Shown here in pieces: positions 52,495 through 63,260 of a stretch of DNA of 64,000 nucleotides. Every line of letters starts with the position of its first letter. Within the stretch, counting starts at the first letter, position 1. Under the pieces are notes generated by a model. That model made no database searches. It was given only the letters and a program-made list of their open reading frames with translations, and had not been told where the DNA came from. The DNA comes from Vicugna vicugna. Lineage: Eukaryota. The translations under genes were made by a program, and so were the position numbers. The stretch is from the NCBI GenBank assembly GCA_013265495.1, contig MU061579.1, forward strand, positions 544,872 through 608,871, written 5' to 3'.

Positions 52495-52975
52495 TTGGCA
52501 GTTAGCTAGGGTAAAGGATACATTGTTTGAATAAAGAAACCTCCAAAATGTAAGGACCCAAATAAAACAGAAGTTCATTTTTTCCTCAACTAAAGATACC
52601 AAGACAAGTGGTCCAGTTTAGCAGCGAGCCTGGACTCCATGCAGACATGGATTGGGTTTCCTTTTTCCTTTCCCATTGTTACAGCGTTATCCTTACTTCC
52701 TGACTAGAGTTGGGTAACTAGGCATGACCATGACTTAATTCATATAATCTGGAAAGAGCGGAGATGTAGTTTAATAACATTCCTTTTAACAGCTGAGGCA
52801 GGAGCCTCCTTTATTCACTTCTGCTCACACTCCCAGGTAAGGTTTTGTCACATTTCTACACCTCTGTAAGAGGGAATCTGTGAAATAGAAAAGTCTAGGC
52901 TGGAAAGACATTTGTATAACTTGACCTGATTACATGAAAGGGATTTTGGTGGAAAGTTAACAGCTGTTGTATCTG
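52495..52975 (-). mobile_element. Old MaLR LTR (MLT1J/K-like)
   Basis: aataaaacagaagttcattttttcctca...cacttctgctcacactccc...gggaatctgtgaaatagaaaagtctag. Confidence 0.55.
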
Positions 52976-54494
52976 AACATTTGCTGACAAATATTATGTC
53001 AAATTCAGAACTACTGACCATGAGTGGTCTCTTAATTATGTTTGACAATTATAATATTTTTTTAGATGTCTCCTTTCTAGACCCATTTTATACGTATCTA
53101 TAACTTTTCTTTTATGTCACTGAGTAAATAAAAACAATCAGAACATCAATTTGAGACACATCCGAACATCTACTCATCTCCCTACATTAGCCTCCATATA
53201 TTGTTTCTTACCATTTCTTACTGTATATGAATCCTCTGTGACTGTAAGCTAAGCTATCCGTGAGTACATTAGGTATCAACTGATTTCACATATCCAAGGC
53301 CACCTTCGTAGGAGTTTTCCCTTTCTCTTCTGTATTATCAATTCCCCCTTTTTATTGAGTCATCTACATCACCATAAAAATATATTTGTAGTATATATAT
53401 GGTATATATTTATGGTTTACCATATGGAATAATTAAATATGCCATCTTTAAAATAAAGGAATCCCTCTTGATATCATATATCACACTAGTCCTCCTATTT
53501 ATGTTCCTAATTACTGTAAAGTGTTTTTGAAACAGTGGTCAATAAATGTCTTTGTTTCCCTTTCTCTATCTCTGTCTTTCTCCCTCTCTCTTTGTATATG
53601 TATCTTTATTGCCTCCAGCACTCCCCCAAAGCTACTATTCTCAGGATTACAAATGACATTCATTTTGCTAACTCTAATGGCCGATTTTATTTTCAGTGCT
53701 CATCTTACATGACCTTTCAGCATCATTTAACACAATCACTCTACCTAGGAGCATTACATTAGATATGCATGGGACCACAAGCCTCTTGTTTTCCTTCTAC
53801 TTCACTAGCCAGTCTTTCTCATTCTCATTTAGACTTCTTCCTTATCACTCTGCTGCTAAAGGTTGGAAATACCCTTGGACTTATTTTTTTAGTTTTTTTG
53901 ATCTATGCTGCTTCTTGTAGTAATCTCACCCAGTTTCATGGCTTTAAGCATTAACTATATGTTAAAGAATCCAGACTTGTGTGTCTTACAATGCACTTAT
54001 CATTCTCCCTTAGATGTCGAATAGGGATCTGAAATATAAAATGTTTAAATCTAGCCTCTTCACCTTCACCCCTACATCTCATCCTCCCATTTCAATTAAC
54101 GGCAATTTCATTCCCCTAATTGCTGAGACAGAAAACAGAGCTATCTTTGAATACATTATTTCATGCCATTCATTCATTCTTTCAGCAAATGCAATTGGTT
54201 TTAATTTCACAATAGAGACAGATTCTAAATATTTTTTCACCATCATTATCACTCTGATCTAAGCTACACCATTGCTCACTTCTATTACTACAAATGGTTC
54301 CTAATTATTCTCCCCAATTCGGTCTTTTCCTCCAAAGTCATTCTTAGCAAGATCGGTAGAGTAATCCTGTTAAGGTCAAGGCTAATCATGACACTCCTGT
54401 GCCCAAAACGTTCAAGTGGCCTCTCATCTCAAAGTCTTACATATTTATAGTGGCCTAGCCTCTCCTCATCTTTCTAATTTCACCTCCCACCATG

Positions 54495-54718
54495 CAGTGG
54501 TTCAGTGCATGGGCTCAGAAGCCTAATGTTTTTAGGTTCAAATGATGGTCCCATCACTTTCCAAATGTTATTTAACCCTTGTACTCCTCAGTGTCCTCTT
54601 CTGTACAATGGGGATAATAACACCTATATCACTGGGGTTTTTTGAGATTAAATGAGTTAAATAAAAAGTACCTAGAATATTCCTGATACAGTATCAGTGC
54701 TCAGTAAGCATTAGTTTC
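54495..54718 (+). mobile_element. MIR SINE
   Basis: cagtggttcagtgcatgggctcagaagcc...ctcagtgtcctcttctgtacaatggggataataacacct...gattaaatgagttaa...gctcagtaagcattag. Confidence 0.8.
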
Positions 54719-55129
54719 TACTTCTTTCTTTCTCTCACTCAGTTTCCACTATCCAGTGACTCCTTATTGCTCCTTAAATGGATTTAGTCTATTCTTTCCT
54801 CAGAGCCCTAATACCTGTTTCCTTTTTGCTTTGCCTGAGTTCCATACCCCTACGTATTCTCACAACTTCTGTTCTCATCTCATTTCAGTCTTTGCTCAAA
54901 GTTCAGTGAGGCTTCTATGACCACCATATTTAAAGTTGAATTGCCAACCCTGCATTGGTCCCTCCCATCCTCATCTACATGAGCTTGTCACTGTCATGCA
55001 TATATTTACTATTTTTTGCCCCTAAACCCTAGAAAAGGGGCAAATACTCAACAAATATGTATTGAGTAAATAAATGAACAAAATATAACTTATTGTGTGT
55101 TCACTATTTCTCAATTATTGCATTCAACT

Positions 55130-55310
55130 TATGCACATTTACCATACTTTATCCTTACAGCAATCCACTAGGCAGACATAACCTCTGTTTTACAAATTCA
55201 AAACCAAAACCTCTGAGAAGTTGTATAATTTGCCTAAGATCACAAAGCTACAAACTGATAGACTGGAACTCAGACTGATATCTTTACGACTCTAATATAC
55301 ATTTCACATG
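55130..55310 (-). mobile_element. MIR SINE
   Basis: ttatccttacagcaatcc...gttttacaaat...ctgagaagttgtataatttgcctaagatcacaaagcta. Confidence 0.7.
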
Positions 55311-55478
55311 GTCCTTTAAATAACAAATCAAGTTAATTTTTATGACTTCATGTTGCAGAAAAATTAAGATTGCATATGCTTTATACCTAGATGCTAATAT
55401 TTATCCTGGATGATATTTAAAAGTTGAAACTTGTATTTTAGGTTGTACTGGCTTTAAAAATGTTTAAAGATCCTTTGT

Positions 55479-56317
55479 ATTCTCTAACATCATATTCAAA
55501 AACCAACTCAAAATAGGTAGAAAACCTAAATATAAGACCAGATACCATAAAACTTCTAGAGAAAAATATAGGCAGAACACTCTTTGGCATAAATTGTAGC
55601 ACTATTTTATTGGATCTGTCTCCTCAGGCAAAGGAAATAAAAACAAATATAAACAAATGGGACCTAATCAAACTCTAAAGCTTTTGCACAGCAAAGGAAA
55701 CAGTCAACAAAATGAAAAGACAACCTACTAAATGGGAGAAGATATTTGTAAACAATATGACTGATAAAGGGTTAACAGCCAAAATATATAAAGAGCTCAT
55801 AACACTGAATATCTAAAAAAAAAGAAAAAAATGATTTAAAAATGAGCAGAAGACCTGAATAGATAGATATTTTTCCAAAGAGGACATGCAGATGGCCAAC
55901 GGGCACATGAAAAGATGCGCAACATCGCTAATCACCAGGGAAATGCAAGTCAAAACTGCAGTGAGATATCACCTCACACATGTCAGAATAGCTGTCATCA
56001 AAAAGAACATAAATAACAAATGTTGGCAAGGATGTGGAGAAAAGAGAACCCTCATACACTGTTGGTGGGAATATATATTGGTGCAGCCACTGTGGAAAAG
56101 AGTATGGAAGTTTCTCAAAAAATGAAAAATAAGACTACCATATGACTCAATAATTCCACTCCTGGGTATATATCCAAAAAAACCAAAAGCAGTAATTTGG
56201 AAAGATATATGCAGCTCAATGTTCTCAGCAACATTATTTACAATTGTCAAGATATGGTAACAACTTGAGAATTGTTGTTTTTCCAACAGATGAATGGGTA
56301 AAGATGTGGTGTGTGTG

Positions 56318-56356
<39 letters not shown>

Positions 56357-56808
56357 ATACATATAAATAAAATGAACTACAATTCAGCCATAAAAATTAT
56401 GACCCTTTGCCGCTGTAACAACATGGATGGACTTAGAGGCTGTTATGCTAAGTGAAATAAGTCAGACAGAGAAAGACAAATACTGTATGATATCACTTAT
56501 TTGAAAAAATCTAAAAAAATACAACAAACTAGCGAACAGAACAAAACTGAAGCAGACTCACAGATACAGAGTCTTGTGTTTACCAATGGGGAGAGAGAAA
56601 GTGGGGGAGCAACATAAGGGTAGGTGATTAAGGAGTGCAAACTATTAGGTTTAAAATAAACTACAAGGATATATTGTACAACACCGGTAAGATAGTCAAT
56701 GTTCTACAATAACTATATATGGAGTAGAACATTTAAAACTTGTGAATCACTATGTTGTACATCTGTAATTTATATACTATTATATATCAACTATACTTCA
56801 ATAAAAAA
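55479..56808 (+). mobile_element. 5'-truncated L1: decayed ORF2 C-terminus plus 3' UTR
   Basis: ORF 55886-56125 [40 protein letters not shown]...[18 protein letters not shown]...VQPLWK is the L1 ORF2p cysteine-rich C-terminal region; the 3' UTR ends ctatacttcAATAAAaaa. Confidence 0.96.
56309..56365. repeat. Compound (GT)5(AT)6(GT)13 microsatellite inside the L1
   Basis: Read directly. Confidence 0.93.
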
Positions 56809-56843
56809 GCACCGCCCCTTCAAAATTATGTATATGTGTCTGT

Positions 56844-56867
56844 ACACACACACACACACACACACAC
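56844..56867. repeat. (AC)12 microsatellite
   Basis: Read directly. Confidence 0.93.
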
Positions 56868-56975
56868 TATTGTGGACTAGATTAGTTGAACAAAAAAAAG
56901 AAAAAGAAAAAAGAAAAACTAGAACTTGTATTTTAGTTGCGCCATCTTTAAAAATGTTTAAAGATATTTTGGATA

Positions 56976-57412
56976 TGTCTATTAAAATAAAAACACACAT
57001 GAGAGCTCAGTTTTATCTGGGGACTTACTGAGGATTGTAGCCTGAGAGACAGTCTCTTAGGCAGCTCTGAGGAACTGCCCCAAAGAGGTAAGGGGGGAGG
57101 TTAGTATGTAGTGATTTTGGAGCAGGGGTACCTGCAATCCGGTACACACCTCTGCAGAAAGTTGCACGAGGCTTTGTTAATGATTTTAGTACTTTTCTAT
57201 GTAGAAGCAGATGCAAGAAACTGGGTCCATAAAATTTTCTCCTGAAAATATCTTAACATCTGAAGGCCTGTCCCACCAGTTTTCCAAGAGCACAGAGAGG
57301 TTCATTCCTGATCTCCACCCTGAACTCCTTTCGGGGTGTATTAAAAGTCAGCAACTGCTTCGTGACTTCATTCTTATAGAACCAGATGGTGAGCAACCTT
57401 TTTTAACTGTCA
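56976..57412 (-). mobile_element. ERV1-type solo LTR
   Basis: TG...CA termini; gttttatctggggacttactgagga..tagcctgagagacagtctc..agctctgaggaactgccccaaagagg...tctccaccctgaactcctttcggggtg; TSD unclear. Confidence 0.8.
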
Positions 57413-58745
57413 TATGTATCTAAAAAATGTTAAATCACGTCTCAAAAGGAATTGACTGGTTTTAATGAATTGCTCTGATAAAGAGGCACACACCACCATT
57501 ATTAGAAATTTATTACCTTACTATATAATAAACATTTTTACTATTAGTATAAATACATTTCATGTGGTGAAGAATTACATAAAAAATTTTGAAAGTCTGA
57601 GAGCACATAAGATTCTGCTCTTTGTTCCTCATAACTCACCTGTTTACAATTAAAACAACAATTGCAAGTAAAACAACACAAGAACACAACAGCTTTACAT
57701 CTAATTTCTAGCTCCAAACTTACCAAGCTACTAAGTAGAAACACTTAATTTCTGTGTCAAAATAGAAACTATTGTTTTAAAACCTAGAACCAAAGGAAAT
57801 AAGTTATATTTTGCTTGGTGCCTGTTCAAAGGATAACATTTCCCTTGAATTTAAAAACAAAGCCAATAAGCGTTTGATCAGGAATAATTGCATCAAGGAA
57901 TAATCTCCTCCTTCCTGGAAGGAGGAGATTGAGGTTAGTTAAGAATCAAGTGAATTAGTTTGAAACTGATCTACGATTTTAAGAGGGTAAATATTTCTAG
58001 GTAGCTGACCTTTACTATTACTGAACTAAATAAATTGGTTCTCAGAAATATGGCAGAAATCAAGAAGAACTGTAATTTTCTCATTAAGGAGATAATTACC
58101 CAAATAGGAATGCAATTACCCCATGATGAACAGTTGGGAAAGATAGATTCAATTTTACGAGAGAGAATTGAAAAGCTGTCAGAGAAAGTTCCAGAGGGAA
58201 CACAGGAGGCACTCAGCCTGGTCACAGATCTCCACTATTCTTAATGACAACTATGAACATTTTACCTTTAAAGAGACACCTGCTGAGCCACACAATGGAA
58301 GGAGATCTGGGAGGAATTGATGCTTTCCCATATTCAGGGCATCTTAATGCTAGCTGATTGGATAGATAAGGTGAGAAATAAGAAAAATGGTCTGCTACTC
58401 CATCTTCAAATCTGTCATAGTATCTCATAGCAAGGCATTTTCGCACTTTCCTGACTAATCTTTTGTCCTTTTTCTTTTTTTCAGTCATTCTCAGAATATC
58501 TGGTATTTCACAACCATTTTAGATTTTTGTTTATTTATTCAGGCTGATTTTCTTTACATTAAGCCTTAAGAAGGTAAGATTCATAAGGCTGGCTTATAAT
58601 TTGGGAGAATTCCCATTTGAAAATAATAGAATTTAATCTATTTGGATATTGGTTAGGATCTATGATACTGAATTCTCCAGATAGTGTGTATCCACCAAAA
58701 TACAAACAAATCTTGGACGAGACTTTTTGCAATGTGATAGTACAA

Positions 58746-60070
58746 TGAAAGGTACCAGAATATGCCACCTCAAAATACACCTTTTTGGCGTACAAGTTAT
58801 TTTGAGCTGGAAGCCATTTAGAGCCAGCAGACCAGAAAAATCTCTAAATATAGGGCACACATTTTCTTTGTTTAAAGGTAATTTACATTTATAAAGAAAA
58901 TTTCTATTTGTAAAGGTGTCTCCCTCTCACATACCAGGAAGAGAAATGTTAGTGGATGGAAGACTCCCCCTTGAATGGGGATCCCACAAAAGGTGGGTTC
59001 TTGCCTGATGGCTGGAAAGAAGTTACAGCTGAGGCAGAGGGACAGAGTGAAAGCTGCTTTATTTCTCAAAAGAGGAAAAGGAAGGAAGGTGCTCGAGTGC
59101 AGAAAAGGAAAGAAAGGCGTTCAAGCGAGGAGAAGGCACTGGAGCAGGGAGCCGTCAGCCAAGATGGCCCAGTAGAAACAGCTCCAGCATCGGCTTTGGG
59201 CCACCTGGACTTCTACGGGAGGCTTTGGCCATCATGTCCTTGTTCCGGGTGTGCCGGAGCTAATCATTTTTCTTTTCCATCCTTGAACGTGGGCTTTTCT
59301 GGTTGTTGCCATGGCAATCATCAAAGGTCAAAGTGTCAGAGGGTATGTCACTTAGCATGCCAGCTCACCACAGTGACTGTACAAGGAAGCCCAAGGTCCA
59401 ATGGAAGTCAAATCCTTGGCTCTACAGGTTCCAACCAGTTCTTATTTCTTCAATTTGCCTCCTGAGACTTAGATAAGAGTAACTAGTTTGTATTTGAGGG
59501 AGGGGTATGATCCTGGGGGCAACAGCCTTGGTAACCAGGACCCTGCCCCAGGGCTGCACTATTGTTTCTTGATTGTTTCTGCATTGCCTCCCTTCCCTGA
59601 TTTGCAACTGTTTGAATCTGCCCTTTGGAACTCAGGGAAGGTCGAGGAAGCTGAATGAAGCCTATTTCCTACTTACAAGAAATGGGAAACACGAAAAGAT
59701 TTGTACCAAGGAGGACCCCACAGTGCCCTGCTACATGCCAGGAAAGCTCAGCAACTCGTATTAATGATAAGGCATTGACTTAAATCTTCAGAACAGACTT
59801 TACTAAACAACTCTTGTTCACCTTATTTGTCTTAGTCACCTTCCCATTACTTGCCTCCACTTCCTGGAATCCCACAACCTCTTCTCCTTTGTTTAGCCTA
59901 GGATGGTATATGCAACCTTAATTATTGATCATTTCCTTGAGCCACTTCTCTTTGCGTAGGTGTGTAATTAACACTGTGGGTTTCTTTTTAACTCTTGTTA
60001 ATCTCTCTCTTACCAGTTTGATTCACAGGCCCCAGGCAAGGAATCTTAGGTGGGTAGAGGAAAAAACAAA
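58746..60070 (+). mobile_element. ERV1 solo LTR (MER34/MER39-like), host of a nested LTR
   Basis: Starts tgaaaggtaccagaatatgccacctcaaaata...ttattttgagctg; resumes after 59740 and ends cttgttaatctctctcttaccagtt...aggtgggtagaggaaaa. Confidence 0.75.
58947..59740 (-). mobile_element. ERV1-type solo LTR, same family as 14913-15902, nested
   Basis: Colinear with 14913-15902 (aagactccccctt, aaaaggtgggttcttg, gctgctttatttctcaaaagaggaaaaggaag, cctgagacttagataagagt, ccctttggaactca); imperfect TSD gaaa/ggaa. Confidence 0.88.
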
Positions 60071-60099
60071 TGTTTTTCATTCACTGTTGCCCCCCATCT

Positions 60100-60445
60100 G
60101 CCTTTAATTCACCTGCTCATTTCACTCCTTACTTCGTCATGTTTAGACTCAAATACCATGGAAAGACCTCTTTCCAATCTTTCTCTAAAAATAATAGTCC
60201 CTGGCCTCTCCAAATCTTTCACTCTGCATTTTGCACTTATTCACTTTCTTCCACTTATCACTATATATCATTATGTTATACGCTTACATGCTTATGTTGT
60301 ACACTTATATGCTTAGGTTCTGTCTCTCCTTCTAGAATATAAGCTTCATAAATTCAGGGTTATGTTCACTGATTAGTCCTAACTACTAAGACATTGCCTA
60401 GAATGTATTAGATGATTAATATGTAAATGTTGAGTAGATGAATGG
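60100..60445 (+). mobile_element. L2 3' end
   Basis: tctgtctctccttctagaatataagcttcata...tgttcactgat...acattgcctagaatgta...tgttgagtagatgaatg. Confidence 0.75.
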
Positions 60446-63225
60446 ATCCCCTCTTCTCAAATAATTCTTATAAGCAGCTTATTTTTCTATTAAAATGAAA
60501 TCTTACCCATTCAGAATAAAAAAAAATACCACTACAGAAAATTACTTAAGGTTCAAGGATAAGACAAATGAAGAGTTTAAAGGTGAAGTAATGAGTATGT
60601 TTTGAAGACAAGTGTATTGCGCTTTTTTTTTGCATTATCCATAATTAGTATTTTTTCTTAGTATCTGGTTAAGATCTTACCCAAGCAAAAGAATTAGAGG
60701 AGAGGGGAAGAGAAAAAAGGAGTAGAAACCTGTATTTGGGGATGCCTATTATGAAATAGCACCATGCTTGTGTATTTTAAGACAGTGTGATGGCCCACAA
60801 GCATAATTTTCAAAATGATAACCATGAGTTTTAATGTACCCAGCAATAAATTTTAAAAAGGGATAGAGAGAGAATTCAAACTGGACTTAGCTAAGTCAAA
60901 AACTTGAATCATTTTTGCTAGTGCTAATGCTATTTCATTCAAATTTTATTTCGGCAATTCTTAGATAACATTTAGGCTATGTTTGGGAAGGAGGAAGAAT
61001 AAAATGCTAAACAGAAATTTTTTTTAAAAAATTATATAGAAATAATTGATAAAATGAATATAAAACAGTGTGCCTTACATTCAAAAACAATTTTTTTCTT
61101 TCAGTTTTTTTCCCTGCTTTATTCCTCATTTCTCCTCTTTTGCCAGGTTATGGTACACCAAAACTGGTATCTGGAATTGTAAATTTAGGGGAGCTAGAAA
61201 AGGGAAGGCTTGGGACGTAGATTTCAGATATTTACAGTGAAATTGTATGAAACCTGGAAGGACTGAGAATTTTCCACTGTGACCCTCACTCTTCTCACAC
61301 ACCTGTTTCTCTATATCTCTTCTTACACATGATTTTACCCCCTAAATTTTCCTCCCAACAGCACTTGATAAAAGCCACATTGCCAAAATTCTGGCTGCTA
61401 ATCTATAAAAAAAAATTCCTCCTTTTTCCAGGATCTATCTTTGATTGAACAGTTTCTGAAATCAGCTGGAATTTGACTGAACATTCCCTGGCTCCCCAAC
61501 CAAATGAAAAATTTGCACTCACTTTCTCCTAGATAGCATGCTCTTTCAGAGATGTCTCACACCTGGCATTTAAAAATAATAACTTACGGTAACGATGTTC
61601 TGGTTGATTTTCATCCAGAGTACATTTTCCCAGGGGGGTTTATTGATAAGACAGGGCTTCCTCTTCTGTGAAAAACTGCCTTCAAATTCGTCCTAAGTAG
61701 ATTACAAGTGTAACCCCAGAGGCTGACTTCCTTGGGTGCTCCTCAGTGTGGTCCTAGCTGATAGGGGTCTGAGGACACTCCCAGCAGACCCAGCAGGCAG
61801 GCAGGGAGAATGATGAGCAACATCTATTCCACTGTGATGCACTGAGCATTCCCCAATAGGGGCTCTGTCTGCTTCAGAAGCCAGCCTCGTTTTGTGCCTC
61901 TGTCCACCAGTGGACAAGGTCCCCGTGGAGCTTCTGGACAGTTCCTTGGTCCAGGTGCTGGAGAGGCATGCTGTGCAGCATGAAGACCAACCAGTCAGAC
62001 AGAGCTCCAGCCAGTCCACCTGAATGGCTGAATTCACATTTATTAGATGCTTCTGTCTCTTTGTCTCTAGGGGCATCCAAGCCAGAGTCCTCGTGACTGC
62101 TTAACAATGCTTCCTCTGGACTTAGAGTTTCAACATTCCTTTGAAATGCTGATTTGTTTTCAATCTATTCTTCTAATCTAATTCTTCTAAATTTTAACAT
62201 TACATCTGTCAACGAAAGCAAAGGAATTATTATTAGATTATTTAAATAAAAATTCAAAAGTATAAACTTTGAAATGATTTCAAAGATCCGTTTGAAAATT
62301 AGAGTTGCTTTTTTAATCCATTTTTTTGGTTTTCTATGTTTGATTTTTCCTTTTTTGTTGTTAACAATGTCTTTGAAATTTTCCAAGATATCAGTATTAA
62401 AAATCTTAATCAGGTATTCTGAATAACTCCTTCAATGATAAAAAAAAAGTCATACTCACTGATGTAAGCACATTTTTCTCATTAAAATTTTAAGTATTTT
62501 ATTTTAAAATTTATAGCAAATATTGTTATATTTCTCAAAACTGGATTTGTTTTCTTAGAAAATGAAATGAGTCTTTTCAACAAGCCTCTTATAAATGAAA
62601 GTTCCCAAATCCAGTCTACCCCATTGTGACAAGTAAATTTTATTATTTTCTATATATGGCACAATGTAAACAATGCTGAGAAGCCCTGACTTAAAGAATT
62701 TACAGAGGCTTCTGGTCTCTGGGCTTAGAACTTGTGATCACTGAATACTTGTGTATCCATTGGCAGAAAAGATCACGTAAAAAATACAGCCAATCCATAC
62801 TGACGTAACTTCGTGAGAGTTACACAGTGCAGGCATAATCTTGAAAATCACCTCTAAACTCTTTTTAAATAGATAAGAGATAGATAGAATGAAGAACAGA
62901 TAGATAGATGGTAGACAGATAAAGAAAAAAAGAAAGAGGAGGTATATTCTCCTATATAGGTATATTCTCAATAAATGTTCATATGCCACAGTTTCATTTT
63001 TCTATTTTCTGGAATTCAAGTATTTGAGGACATGCTGCCCTCTGCACCAGCACCCTCCCCAAAATACCAACCCAGCTAGCACGATTCACCCCTTATGATG
63101 ACATCTATCAGCCAGTTATTTCACTTTATTTTATAATGTGGAAATTTGTAGCTAATTATATTGTTATCTTCTATAGCCAAATAGACTCCACATGGCCTCT
63201 AACCCAAATATTGGCTCTCCAGTTG

Positions 63226-63260
63226 AAAGAAGAAAGAAAGAAAGAAAGAAAAAGAAAAAG
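63226..63260. repeat. (GAAA)n purine tract
   Basis: aaagaagaaagaaagaaagaaagaaaaagaaaaag. Confidence 0.9.

Larger units (their letters stand above)
51950..55080 (+). mobile_element. Long fragmented L2, interrupted by an MLT1 LTR and a MIR
   Basis: Pyrimidine-rich L2 body (catcttacatgacctttcagcatcatttaacaca, catggctttaagcattaactatatg, ggttcctaattattctccc) ending ctcaacaaatatgtattgagtaaataaatgaa. Confidence 0.75.

Noticed and set aside
55886..56125. ORF with a Cys-rich motif as a functional gene
   Set aside because: It is a fragment of a truncated, frameshifted L1 ORF2.
58956..59465. Longest ORF (169 aa)
   Set aside because: Lies wholly within a solo LTR, antisense to it; the sibling LTR at 14913 does not keep the frame.
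594..60070. Minus-strand bias of LTRs as evidence of a plus-strand host gene
   Set aside because: About 11 minus versus 6 plus is too few to be significant, and the L1 fragments are mixed.
61901..61965. CTCF or REST/NRSF site
   Set aside because: CCACCAGTGGACA mismatches two core CTCF positions, and the REST-like halves (CAGCACC/GGAC on the minus strand) have non-canonical spacing.
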